The notes beneath the pieces were generated by a model. The model saw only the letters and a list, made by a program, of their open reading frames with translations, ran no database searches and was not told where the DNA came from. Positions 10,768 to 20,969 of a DNA stretch of 64,000 nt are shown here, piece after piece (positions within the stretch are counted from its first letter, which is position 1; each line of letters begins with the position of its first letter). Source of the stretch: an uncultured candidate division Zixibacteria bacterium (GTDB lineage: Bacteria; Zixibacteria; MSB-5A5; GN15; FEB-12); NCBI GenBank assembly GCA_963735035.1, contig CAVTJJ010000006.1, positions 32,001 to 96,000 of the forward strand. Reading direction: 5' to 3'. The translations under genes were made by a program, and so were the position numbers.

Positions 10768-11190
10768 ATGTATCAGATCGAGAAAACTCACTGGGGCTTC
10801 AGGCTCACTTTTGGCGGTTCCATCGACGCTGCAGAGATGACCCGATGGCTCGAGGAGTCGCGAAAAGTTCTCGCCGCCCAGGAAGATGAATTCTATGTCT
10901 TCGTCGATATGCGAACGCTGATCCCGCTCGATCAAGACGCCCAGATTCCTATGATCGAAGGACAGGCGCTATATCGCAGCAAGGGCATGCAGAGGTCGGT
11001 GGTCATCCTGTCCAGCCCGGCTACGGCGTCGCAATTTCGACGAATCGGCGGCGAAACCGGTATCGGCAAGTTTGAACGCTATATCGATGCGTCAAGCGTA
11101 CCTGATTGGGAAGAGGTCGGTCTGAACTGGCTGTTCAATGAAATCGAGCCGGAGACCGCGGACAAGCCGACAACCATCTCCGGTCGTTGA
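10768..11190 (+). CDS. Hypothetical protein, possibly STAS/SpoIIAA-like fold
   Basis: Clean 140-aa ORF; YVFVDMR strand typical of SpoIIAA-like proteins. Confidence 0.6.
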   Translation: MYQIEKTHWGFRLTFGGSIDAAEMTRWLEESRKVLAAQEDEFYVFVDMRTLIPLDQDAQIPMIEGQALYRSKGMQRSVVILSSPATASQFRRIGGETGIGKFERYIDASSVPDWEEVGLNWLFNEIEPETADKPTTISGR

Positions 11191-11209
11191 TAATCTGCTT
11201 TGAAATTCT

Positions 11210-11608
11210 TCAGTGCCGCATGGCGCGAAAATCGATCATTCCCGAAAAATCCGTCAAGACGAATGTTATTCGCCACCAGCCGGGCGTACCCGAAGATGTC
11301 GTAAAGGCCCCGGTCTGTTTGAGATCGGTCTGATACTTGATCTGGTAGGCGGAATCTTCAACCGTCACCGCCACCCGTCCGCCCTTGATCGAGGCCGCCT
11401 GGTCGATGTTGGCGGCGCTTCCCAGCATGTGCCAGAAATAGACCAGTGTAGTATCGTGATTCTTGACGTCCTGCATCTGGAAATGAAAGTTGTCCTGCGT
11501 ATTGACCACGTCGGGTATATGCGAGGACAAGGGATCTTTGTGGCAGCCCAGGTTAGCCGCAAATATGATCGCCGCCAAGGCTATGAGAATGACAAGGGTT
11601 CGGTGCAT
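11210..11608 (-). CDS. Hypothetical lipoprotein
   Basis: Hydrophobic N-terminus ending in NLGC lipobox; beta-rich body. Confidence 0.65.
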   Translation of the reverse strand: MHRTLVILIALAAIIFAANLGCHKDPLSSHIPDVVNTQDNFHFQMQDVKNHDTTLVYFWHMLGSAANIDQAASIKGGRVAVTVEDSAYQIKYQTDLKQTGAFTTSSGTPGWWRITFVLTDFSGMIDFRAMRH

Positions 11609-11723
11609 TAATTCTTATACGTCTCTGAGTCGAAAGGGATTCTAATCGACGTAGTTTGCTCTGCCTGCGGCCGTAGAATTATGGTGGGGACAAACTCGGT
11701 AGTCGGGAGAATTTGCAGACCGA

Positions 11724-12485
11724 TCAAACACGTCGCAAGAGGGCTACCGGGCGGACGACAGATGCGTTTTCAGTAATCGGCTGCTCCAGATCCCAGTCTT
11801 TCCACCAGCCCACCAATTCAAAATCGCTCCGGTTGCGGATAAAGGCAAGAAATTCATTGGGGCTGATCGCGCGATTGCGCTCGACCATCTGCAGTTTGCG
11901 ACGGCGTCCCCGGTCGTTGACGTCCAGCGTCCAGACCTCTTCATACATCTGTTGCGAGGCGTCGACCAGGCGGATGTTGAACCGGGATTCGACCGAGATG
12001 CCGTCCCGCTCGTAGGTGACGGCGTTATTATCAGCATATTTCAGCGGATCTTCGAACTGTACACACCAGTCGAGGAAGTAGAGCCCCCCTTTCTTCAAGC
12101 AGCGGGCCATCGAGTCGAAATGGGAAGTCATCTCCGGCAGGCCGTTGAGGTAGAGTGACCCGAGCATTACGAAAGCAAAGTCAATTTCTTTCGACGTTTC
12201 GAAAGAGATCATGTTGCCCTCGACAAATTCCGGTCTCGAGTCGAGGTGCCGCCATTTCGCCACGGCGTAGTCGAGCATATTGCGGTTGTTATCCAGGCCG
12301 CAGTAAGAATAGCCCCGGCCAATCAACTCTTCTGCATGAGGGGCAAAGCCGCAGGCGACTTCAAAGACGCGGCGAACCTCGATCCGGGAGTAGCGCTCCA
12401 TGCACCGGCACATGAAAGCCACTTCCTTGGGAATGTCCCGGAAGGAAAAAGCTACCTCGTAGTATTGCGGATAGTCGTAAATCAT
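11724..12485 (-). CDS. Class I SAM-dependent methyltransferase
   Basis: VFEVACGFAPH motif I, GLDNN, LKKGGLYFLD. Confidence 0.85.
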   Translation of the reverse strand: MIYDYPQYYEVAFSFRDIPKEVAFMCRCMERYSRIEVRRVFEVACGFAPHAEELIGRGYSYCGLDNNRNMLDYAVAKWRHLDSRPEFVEGNMISFETSKEIDFAFVMLGSLYLNGLPEMTSHFDSMARCLKKGGLYFLDWCVQFEDPLKYADNNAVTYERDGISVESRFNIRLVDASQQMYEEVWTLDVNDRGRRRKLQMVERNRAISPNEFLAFIRNRSDFELVGWWKDWDLEQPITENASVVRPVALLRRV

Positions 12486-12809
12486 GCTGTCTTCGCGTCT
12501 ATGCTCGGTCGTCCCTTTCTCCCTTTAACGGCGGCCAATCGGGTATTTTCAAGGTGAAAGACCAAACGAAGCGGTTGTGGAGGCGACGAATGTGCAATTC
12601 TTGAATATGTTAGGGAATCGCGAAAACATTTCCGTCAATCGGCATGAATTAATACTGAGATGCTGCATTGTTTCCGGTTTGGTCAGCGAATCCGGCCGGG
12701 ATATGATTAAGAATTTGGTCATTCCATGTTTCTCGGAACGAGTACAAATCCGTCCGTTCGTACATCCGCAGGCATAGTCGCCGGCATCAGAACAGCCTAG
12801 TTTGCCTGG

Positions 12810-12838
12810 TTGCCAATTGGATTTGGAGTTGGTATCTT
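12810..12838 (+). promoter_or_regulatory. sigma70-type promoter of ECF operon
   Basis: TTGCCA-17 nt-TATCTT. Confidence 0.5.
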
Positions 12839-12896
12839 AAATGTCTGTGCAACGCGAGCTTAGATTGATAGCCGGTCTTTTCAGAGTGAGAGAGAC

Positions 12897-13460
12897 TTGA
12901 TCGACGACGAATCCACGATAATTGCTGTTGCCCTGGCCGGTGACCAGAAGGCCTACACCCGACTGGTGGAAGCCCATCGGGCTGCCGTTTTCCATATTGT
13001 CAACCGGATCGTACATAACGACGAAATAGCCCGCGATCTGGTCCAGGAAACGTTTATGAAAGCGTTCTCGTCGCTGGCGTCTTATCGGTCCGAATTCCGC
13101 TTTTCAACCTGGCTTTACAAGATCGCCGCCAATTCCTCGATCGACCACCTTCGGAAGCGGCGAATTCAGGCTCTTTCCCTGGATGCACCCGTGGAAACGG
13201 GGGACGGACAGATGGAAATCGAGGTTCCGGATGAAACCCACAATCCGGAACTCGTCTTGGTGCGCAAGCAGCAGCGCATTTCCATTGATGTTGCCATAGA
13301 CTCCCTGCCGCATAAGTATCGGGAAGTCATCGTTTATCGTCACAAGGACGATAAATCCTACGAGGAAATAGCCGACTTATTAGGCATACCGGTCGGGACC
13401 GTCAAAGCCCGCATTTTCCGAGCCCGTGAACTACTGAAACGGAAGCTCCGAAACGTTTGA
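12897..13460 (+). CDS. ECF sigma factor (SigW/RpoE-like)
   Basis: DLVQETF, FSTWLYKIAAN, SYEEIADLLGIPVGTVKARIFRAR. Confidence 0.93.
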   Translation: MIDDESTIIAVALAGDQKAYTRLVEAHRAAVFHIVNRIVHNDEIARDLVQETFMKAFSSLASYRSEFRFSTWLYKIAANSSIDHLRKRRIQALSLDAPVETGDGQMEIEVPDETHNPELVLVRKQQRISIDVAIDSLPHKYREVIVYRHKDDKSYEEIADLLGIPVGTVKARIFRARELLKRKLRNV

Positions 13461-13488
13461 GCGGCCGACTTCCCGCAAGGACTAGAGT

Positions 13489-14460
13489 ATGCGCAACTGT
13501 CGTTACACGATATGGGCAGGTCTTCTATTGGTCACGGCCGCGTTCATCCCGAACGCCGGGGCCGAGGACTTCTCGTTTGACTATCAGAAGATTCTCAATA
13601 TCGGAGCGGACGCCCAATTGACGCTATCGTTTGTAAGCGGGGACGTCTCAGTGGTTCAGAGCGAGGACGATCGTCTCGTGATCGACGCCCGCAAGCGCGT
13701 CAACGCGGCAACTCTCGATGAAGCCCAGTTGGTGGCAGATCATATCGAGATCCGGGTTGCCAAGGATGATAAGAAGGTGGGAGTCACCGCGAATTACCTG
13801 CGCCTCAAGAACAACTCCCGGACTTTCTGGTCCAAAGTTCTGGGTAAAGGCGGCGACGATGCCTATGGCAACGTTGATTGGGACATCAAGATTCCGGTCG
13901 GCGGCAAAGTCACCATCATCAACACGGGCGGCAAGATTAAGATCGATCATATAGTGGGAGATGTTGATGTTCGCAGTTCGGCTTCGGAAATTGAGCTGCT
14001 CAGTATCGAAGGTTCGGTGAAGGTCGAGAATCTCTCCGGCTTTACGACCGGTGAACTCCTGTTTGGTACGGTCGATGTTCGCCAGACTTTTGGGCGAATC
14101 GATTTGAAGTTCGTGGAAGGGGATATCCGGATCAAGTCGTCCACAGCCGGAATATCTATCCGACAGGACGAAGGCGCCCTCGATTTGACCACGCAGTCGG
14201 GTGACGTCGATATACAGACCAATCTCAACAGTGCCCGCGACTGCTTCGTTGCAACCGAGAGCGGGCATATTAGACTGATGATTCCGGAAACATCCTCGGG
14301 CGATTTACGAATAGAATCACAGACGGGCGATATCAAGACAGACATGCCAATTACGATCAAGTCGATGTCGCGCAAACAGGTAGAGGGCACCTTTGGGTTC
14401 GGCGGTGTAAAGATAAACTTGACTTCGGTGTCCGGTGATGTGACTGTTGCTCAGTTCTAA
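13489..14460 (+). CDS. Secreted DUF4097/adhesin-like beta-solenoid protein
   Basis: Signal peptide; repeated (T/S)xSGDV/I units. Confidence 0.8.
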   Translation: MRNCRYTIWAGLLLVTAAFIPNAGAEDFSFDYQKILNIGADAQLTLSFVSGDVSVVQSEDDRLVIDARKRVNAATLDEAQLVADHIEIRVAKDDKKVGVTANYLRLKNNSRTFWSKVLGKGGDDAYGNVDWDIKIPVGGKVTIINTGGKIKIDHIVGDVDVRSSASEIELLSIEGSVKVENLSGFTTGELLFGTVDVRQTFGRIDLKFVEGDIRIKSSTAGISIRQDEGALDLTTQSGDVDIQTNLNSARDCFVATESGHIRLMIPETSSGDLRIESQTGDIKTDMPITIKSMSRKQVEGTFGFGGVKINLTSVSGDVTVAQF

Positions 14461-14490
14461 TAGCCGTTTACACATAGGACCGGTGTAACG

Positions 14491-15804
14491 ATGAGGCTTC
14501 GTTCAGCCACGCTGCTCATATTCGCAGTTCTTTCCGCGCTCGCGGTCGGTCCTCTCCATGCCCAAAAAGACCAGGACTCAATCACTTCTGCCAAGCATTC
14601 TACGTCCGATTCCACCCGCGTTCGGCCATCCAGTGAGACACCGACATTTGTCGAAATCGAGCTGACGGCTGAGGGTGCTATCGCCTACGACAGATCGGGC
14701 GGTCGCTGGGCCTACGATTTCGACAAGCTGCAATTTGTCTCTGCGCCGGCTGAGGCTGGAACGGTGCGACGCTCGGAAGGTACTCCCGAAGAGCAGGCTC
14801 CTCCGGTCGAAGTTCGGTGCACCGAGCTCAAGAAAGTCGATAACCCGGCCCTATCCGCAGTCTATGTCAAGACAGACGAATACGTCGATGGAGATATCGT
14901 CGCCTACAGCCGTGTCTCGGTCAACGGGTGGGTCAAGGGAAACGTCAGATCGCTCAACAGAGCCGTCCTGATTACTTCAACTGGCCAGGTGGATGGCAAC
15001 GTCGAAGCTCCTGAGGTGGAAGTCCGCCCCGGCGGACGGGTCCTGGGAGAAGTGATCAAGACACCGGCCTATCAGATTCCAGGAGACCTGATTGCGTCCA
15101 GTTTCTCCAAAGCGGGTTTATGGGTAGTATTCGGATTTACGCTCGCCCTGGCCATAGTGGCGTTCCTCTCGGCTGCTTTGGCGTCACAACGGTTGACAAA
15201 CATGACCGGCTGCATCATCGAGCATCCGACTCGATCGACATTGATAGGCTTACTCTTCGTATTCCTCCTGCCGGCCATCGTGTTTGTAGTCTGTGTCACG
15301 ATTGTCGGCTTCCTCGTCGTCTGGGCCGTTCCCCTGGCCTATTTCGTGGCTTTCGCGGTCGGGATGTGCGCCGTCGGGTTCAAATTGCAGACGATCTGGG
15401 CACGCGTCACGGGACTCGGCAAGCCCGATCTCAGAATCGGCTCAGTGGTTGGAATTGCACTGTATATGGGATTATGGGCTTTGACGGCTATTGCCTGGGG
15501 CTCTGATGATCCGGCCTATCGAGCCGGCGGGTTGGATGTCTGGCTGTTGGTAATCTCGATATTAGTAACATGTTATCCCTTGCTGGTGGGGATTGGCTCG
15601 GCTGTCCTGACCCGTTTTGGTTCGCGGACCTACGTGAGTCGTCGATCTGCGATTTCGCGGTGGCATGAACCGGCGCCCGCGCCGGCCCCGCCCCCCATAC
15701 CGGAAGCTCCGACGCATTTCACTACCAGAACGCCGCCACCTCGTTCCGGAGTGGAGCCGCTTGGTCGCCCCGAGACCGGCCCGAATAACCTTCCTGAAAA
15801 CTGA
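14491..15804 (+). CDS. Membrane protein with bactofilin-like beta-helix, multiple TM helices and Pro-rich tail
   Basis: Signal peptide; VDGDIV/VNGWVKGNV/VDGNV repeats; ~5-6 hydrophobic segments; PAPAPAPPP. Confidence 0.7.
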   Translation: MRLRSATLLIFAVLSALAVGPLHAQKDQDSITSAKHSTSDSTRVRPSSETPTFVEIELTAEGAIAYDRSGGRWAYDFDKLQFVSAPAEAGTVRRSEGTPEEQAPPVEVRCTELKKVDNPALSAVYVKTDEYVDGDIVAYSRVSVNGWVKGNVRSLNRAVLITSTGQVDGNVEAPEVEVRPGGRVLGEVIKTPAYQIPGDLIASSFSKAGLWVVFGFTLALAIVAFLSAALASQRLTNMTGCIIEHPTRSTLIGLLFVFLLPAIVFVVCVTIVGFLVVWAVPLAYFVAFAVGMCAVGFKLQTIWARVTGLGKPDLRIGSVVGIALYMGLWALTAIAWGSDDPAYRAGGLDVWLLVISILVTCYPLLVGIGSAVLTRFGSRTYVSRRSAISRWHEPAPAPAPPPIPEAPTHFTTRTPPPRSGVEPLGRPETGPNNLPEN

Positions 15805-15828
15805 AACATTTTCGGTTTGAAAGCAGTA
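15802..15828 (+). promoter_or_regulatory. Possible ECF (SigW-like) promoter
   Basis: TGAAAC-17 nt-AGTA, compared with the SigW pattern TGAAAC-N16-CGTA. Confidence 0.35.
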
Positions 15829-15872
15829 AATTGCCTTGGGCGGAGTACGTCTCCGACCCTGAAAAGAGGTAT

Positions 15873-16730
15873 ATGAATTCTTGCAGATGTGTTCGGCTTG
15901 TGGCGGCGATCAGCCTGCTGTCTTGCGGACCTCTCTTGGCCCAGGAGCCTGAGAAGGTAAAAGAGGTTGTTTCCTCTGAAGACTGTAAGTCCGTTGACCT
16001 GCAGCTCGATTTCTCAGCCGGCACGATTGAAGTTGTCCCGGCCGACATCGCCGACCTGGCAAGAATTGATATCTACTACACCCCACGCAGTGTCCGCTAC
16101 AATATCGATAAGACTATGAGAAATGACCGATGCGTGGTCAATCTGGAAAGTGAACGCCGCCGCAACTGGTCGGACAACGACTCCGATAACGAATGGACAC
16201 TGCAGCTTTCCAAGCGATACCCCACATCTGTCAGCATGAACATTGGCGCCTGTGACGCCGAGATGGATTTCGGCGGCATACCCCTGACATCGCTCAGCAT
16301 GGATATCGGCGCCGCCTCCCTGGAAATCGATTTCTCCGAACCCAATCCGACTGTTATGAAAGAGCTGTCAGTCGATTGCGGAGCCTCGTCTTTAGAGATC
16401 AGAAATCTGGCCGCCGCTAACGCCCACTCAATGAGTTTCGACGTTGGGGCGGGGTCTTGCGAAATTGACCTTCGCGGCGAAATCAAAGGCGAGACGGAAA
16501 TCGAGATCAGTGTAGGAATCGGCTCCATGGATGTCATCCTGCCGGAAGGGGTGGCGCTTATGGTCGAGGGTGACGACGGCTGGTTATCGAGTCTCGACTT
16601 TCACGGACTGGAGTTGAATAAGACGCATCGCGGCGCCTGGGAGACCGACAACTTCAATGATGCGAGCAACCGGGTGGTCATCACGGCCGATGTCGCTCTG
16701 GGATCGATTGCCATATACGCCAAACGTTAA
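15873..16730 (+). CDS. Secreted toast-rack/LiaF-related beta-solenoid protein
   Basis: Signal peptide; repeated (I/V)GAxxxExD units; ATG 15873 follows GAGGT. Confidence 0.7.
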   Translation: MNSCRCVRLVAAISLLSCGPLLAQEPEKVKEVVSSEDCKSVDLQLDFSAGTIEVVPADIADLARIDIYYTPRSVRYNIDKTMRNDRCVVNLESERRRNWSDNDSDNEWTLQLSKRYPTSVSMNIGACDAEMDFGGIPLTSLSMDIGAASLEIDFSEPNPTVMKELSVDCGASSLEIRNLAAANAHSMSFDVGAGSCEIDLRGEIKGETEIEISVGIGSMDVILPEGVALMVEGDDGWLSSLDFHGLELNKTHRGAWETDNFNDASNRVVITADVALGSIAIYAKR

Positions 16731-16919
16731 GATCGTACCTCCAACGACGATCACCGTCCCATTCCGGGGAGGTTTTTCTAATCCCGCTATGCTATCAACC
16801 GGGTATAAGGCTGCAGGGAACCGAGGGGTGTGATATCTGTTGTTGACCTTCGAGTTGAAGGCTCGTACGCTCTGGAAGTCGTGAAGCATCCGGGTGAAGC
16901 CCCGCATGAGAGGAAGGAC

Positions 16920-18290
16920 ATGAAGCGAGTTATTTTCGGTTTATTGATGTTCCTGACGTTGTTTCAATATGGCGCGCAGGCATCTACGTATCAGGAGCAA
17001 GTTTATCATGCCCGGGATCGGGTTCTCCCCGCCCTGGTGCATATCCAGCCGGTGGTGGAAGACTACCGTACCGGTGAAATGAAGAAGCAGGCGGTGGTCG
17101 GCTCAGGTGTGATTTTTGATACCGCTGGATACATAGTCACAAACTACCATGTGGCTGGGAAATCAAAACGAATCTTCTGCACATTAAGCGACCGCGAGCA
17201 GTTGCCCGCGGACTACATCGGCGGTGATCCGTCGACCGATGTTGCTGTGCTCAAATTGCGGCTCGAAGGGTATCACGGGAAGATTCAAGCCGCCGAGCTG
17301 GGCAATTCCGATTCGATTCAGGTAGGGCAGCAGGTATTAGCGATGGGTTCGCCTTTGGCCCTGGCTCGGTCGGTTTCGGCCGGTGTCATCTCGACCAAGG
17401 ACAGGTACTTTTCCGATGAGTACCGTTTGCCCACCGGCGAGAAGACCGGGCGATTCAACCTGTGGATTCAAACCGATGCCGCGATCAATTTCGGCAATTC
17501 GGGAGGACCTCTGGTAGATCTCGACGGCCGGGTAATTGGCATCAACTCGCGGGCGACTTTCATGGCCAACAACCTGGGTTTCGCGATTCCTATCAATGTC
17601 GTCAAACATGCGACTCAGGCGATTCTCAAGGACGGTCATGTCACTCGAAGCTGGATAGGCGTTACCGCCCAGGCCTTGCAGGAAATGGAAAACTATTTCG
17701 GGACCGACCGTAATCGAGGCGTCCTGATTTCATCGCTCGATCCCGGATCGCCGGCCTCCGAAGCCGGTCTGATGGCGGGTGATATAATTCTCGAAGTCGA
17801 TGGCCGCCCGGTTTCGGCGCGGTTTGTCGAAGAACTCCCGGCGTTCTATAACGGCATTGCCAGTCTGCCTCCCGGCACGTCGATCAGCCTGAAGGTCATG
17901 CGTAACGAGCAGGAGCGCGTGGTGAATTTGGTGACACGTCCCTTGGGCCAGCTTCAGGGTGAAGATTTCGAATGCTCCGAATGGGGTCTGACCGTTCGCG
18001 ACATTACCCGCCAGATGCAGATCGCCAACCAACTTCGCGATTCAACGGGGGTGTTCGTTACCGGGGTCAAGCGTATCGGCCCGGCTGACCTGAGCGGGTT
18101 GAATCAGGGTGATGTCATCCAGTCAATCAACCGCGAGTCGCTGGACAATCTCGAAACTTTCAAGACCCGTTATGATGCCTTGCGAAGCGCCGGTACCCAA
18201 AAGATAATGTTGACCGTTCGTCGCAATGGCGCCACACGGTTTGCTGTCATCAATCTCGAAAAACGAGGGGAAGAGCAACCCCATGAATAG
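16920..18290 (+). CDS. HtrA/DegQ-family serine protease with two PDZ domains
   Basis: GSGVI, TNYHV, TDVAV, INFGNSGGPL; ATG 16920 follows AGGAAGGA. Confidence 0.93.
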   Translation: MKRVIFGLLMFLTLFQYGAQASTYQEQVYHARDRVLPALVHIQPVVEDYRTGEMKKQAVVGSGVIFDTAGYIVTNYHVAGKSKRIFCTLSDREQLPADYIGGDPSTDVAVLKLRLEGYHGKIQAAELGNSDSIQVGQQVLAMGSPLALARSVSAGVISTKDRYFSDEYRLPTGEKTGRFNLWIQTDAAINFGNSGGPLVDLDGRVIGINSRATFMANNLGFAIPINVVKHATQAILKDGHVTRSWIGVTAQALQEMENYFGTDRNRGVLISSLDPGSPASEAGLMAGDIILEVDGRPVSARFVEELPAFYNGIASLPPGTSISLKVMRNEQERVVNLVTRPLGQLQGEDFECSEWGLTVRDITRQMQIANQLRDSTGVFVTGVKRIGPADLSGLNQGDVIQSINRESLDNLETFKTRYDALRSAGTQKIMLTVRRNGATRFAVINLEKRGEEQPHE

Positions 18291-19730
18291 AAGATATACC
18301 ATATCAAGTTGCCTCACCGGTGCAATACTGGCCGCGGCCGTAGTCGTATCGGCGGCCGTTCCAAACCTTGAAGCTCAGGAATTTGATTTCGAGCGCCTGC
18401 TCAAACAGAGCTCGCCCTATACGGTCGTTCTCGACATCAAGGTAGAGTACTCATTCGGGACCGACGTCAACGAGCGGGAAGAGCGAATCCTCGGGACGGT
18501 TGTTCGTGAGGATGGCCTCATCGTCTTTGACGGCGGCTTTCTGAGCGAAGAAAATCCGTTCATGTCAACAGGAGGCTTCACGTTTCGCTCAACTCCCAAG
18601 CGCATTCAGGTCACGACACTTGATCACAAGGAATACACTGCTGAGTATGTCGGCTTGGATAGTTACACCGGCTTTGGTTTCGCCTTGATAACGGGCGCCG
18701 ATCGGAAATTTACTCCTGTGAGGTTTGTCAAGCCGACCCGATTCGATGTGGGCAGTTGGATGGCGGCGCTGGTGCTTCTGCCGGAATTTGTCGACCCACC
18801 GCTGGGTACGGATATTGCCATGATTTCGGCGATCATAGCGACGCCGGAGAAATTCCCGCTGACAGTCGGCTTCAGCCCGTTAGAATACGGCGCGGTGCTC
18901 TATGATGCGCGTCTCAACCCGGTGGGCCTTTTGGGACAACTCGAAGACCCGACCGGACGCGGGTCCGACATGTCCGGGATGGGGAATGAATACCAGCAGA
19001 TGAGCATACCGATGCTCGGCGTGATTACCGCCGACCGTCTCGAGACTCTGATCACCAACCCGCCGCGACATGGTCAGGCAGCCCGTTCGTGGCTCGGAAT
19101 CACCATGCAATCGCTTACTCCGGATATCTCCGAGTTTCTCAAGACCGGAACACCGGGCGGAATAATTGTCAATGAAGTTGTTCCCGGGTTCGCCCGCCGA
19201 CGCCGGAGGTCTGAAGGTCGGGGACATCATCAAGGTAGTCGACGGTAAACGCGTTGAGGTGGATCGCGAAGACAAGCTCGGCGCCTTCCAGCGTCAGGTG
19301 GCCAGCCTGGGTGTCGGTACGAAGGTGGACTTGCAAGTGCTGCGTCAGGCAGGTGAAACATTGGACACGCTTACGCTTGCAGGTAACTATGGCGGCCGCT
19401 CCGTTGTCGGCGTCCGATGCCGCCGATTACGAATACAAGCCGTACGAATTGACCGTCCGCAATCTGGTCTTCTCCGACTTCGTTGATTTCAATGTCGAGC
19501 AGAACTCGCTCAACGGTGTGGTTGTCACGGCCATGCAACCGGGTGGACTGGCCGACATTTCCGGATTGGCGCCGGGGGATGTCATCCAGCGTGTGAACGA
19601 CAAGGCCGTCGGATCGGTGGAAGAATTTACGCGCGTGATGGCTGAGCTTGACTCCGGCCAGCGCGGTGAAGTGATTCTCCTGGTCTGGCGCTTCGGGCAG
19701 ACGATCTTCGTGAATGTCCGAGCGGAGTAA
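18283..19730 (+). CDS. Degenerate trypsin-fold + 2 PDZ protein (HtrA paralogue lacking catalytic motifs); two +1 frameshifts
   Basis: Reading continues across three frames, shifting at ~19187 and ~19378; SWLGITMQSLT and PDZ motifs; overlaps the htrA stop. Confidence 0.75.
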
Positions 19731-19923
19731 TCCGCTCGGACTGTCGATGCGGCTGCGAAAATTCCTGCAACATTCTGCTGCTCGTCGGTATAACCAATAA
19801 AGCTGTTCAGAAGTCGGACATGGTCCGACTTCATGTTCTAACCTGTTTGTAAACAAACGATTACTTGGATATGCCTTTCCAGCGAACCTGACCAGAAGCC
19901 TTTAGCTCGGGATCGTCTGTCGG

Positions 19924-19939
19924 CGGCACGCCCTTTGCG
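19924..19939 (+). promoter_or_regulatory. sigma54 -24/-12 promoter
   Basis: CGGCACGCCCTTTGCG matches TGGCACG-N4-TTGC. Confidence 0.6.
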
Positions 19940-20024
19940 CTGACCATCCCCGGCTGAGGATTCAGCATTGTCGGACAACTAGTTAAGAAATCAGGTCTCG
20001 CGCAATGCGAAAGGATACAGTGAT

Positions 20025-20884
20025 ATGAAAAGAGCTTTAACGATTTTGTTCGTGCTGACGACCATGGCGATTGTCGCCGGTCCCGGCGCTGCGTAACGCT
20101 GCCTACTCCGGCATCGTTTCCGTCGATTCGGCGAAAGCCCGTCCGGCGGAATCGGTGACCGTGGGTGTCTGGCTGCGGAATAACAACATAGCCATCTCGG
20201 CGATGACTCTTCCGCTCAAATATTCAAGCTCGGCCCTTACGTTGGATTCTGTTACAACTGAGCGGCACGGTTTGGAATTCCAATTTCTCTCTCTACTCGA
20301 TTATCGACAACACCGCGCGCACCGTGCGTATCACCGTCTTGCCGAACGAAATTGTAACCCCGTTACCGGCAGCGACCTTCACCGACGGCGTCATGGCCGT
20401 GCTTCATTTCAGCGTGGCGGCGGGCGCACCGATGCAGCGAGTCACGATTGATTCGATCTATGTCGACTCTTTGATCGGCGGCGATAGCCACTTCTACACT
20501 CGAATCGACATCTCCGACAATACCGGCACCGGCGTATACCTCCCGTCTTTCACCGCCGGAAGTATAGAAATCACATCGCCGACCGATGTGGAAACCGGTG
20601 ACGGCAGTTCCACCTTGCCGACCAATTTTGTTCTGGAGCAGAACTATCCGAATCCGTTCAACCCGAGTACCGAGATCAGGTATTCTCTGCCGAAGGCCGG
20701 AAATGTAAAGCTTGAGGTTTTCAATATCCTGGGTCAGGAAGTGGCCACCCTGTTTGATGGACGTCGCGAGGCCGGAACTTATACGGCCCAGTTCGAAGGC
20801 GCTAAGCAGCCGTCCGGCATCTACTTCTATCGCCTGCGCCATGACGGTGGAGCTGAAACCAGGAAAATGCTGCTGCTCAAATAA
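20025..20884 (+). CDS. Secreted single cohesin-like domain + T9SS type A C-terminal sorting domain; two +1 frameshifts
   Basis: ATG 20025 begins signal peptide MKRALTILFVL; shifts at ~20092 and ~20256; VTVGVWLRN..LPLKYSS..LTLDSV cohesin-like; LEQNYPNPFNPST...SGIYFYRL...RKMLLLK CTD. Confidence 0.75.
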
Positions 20885-20912
20885 ACGAACCAGCTCAAGA
20901 TGCCGATATTCA

Positions 20913-20949
20913 CGGGGACAGCCGTTAAAGGCTGTCCCCGTTTCGTTTT
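20913..20949 (+). terminator. Intrinsic terminator
   Basis: CGGGGACAGCC/GGCTGTCCCCG hairpin followed by TTTCGTTTT. Confidence 0.8.
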
Positions 20950-20969
20950 GGGGAACACTTGGAGAAAGA

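Noticed and set aside
20712..20969. N-terminal extension of the kinase in the ORF track
   Set aside because: It overlaps the CTD gene and a terminator; ATG 20970 has a proper SD.
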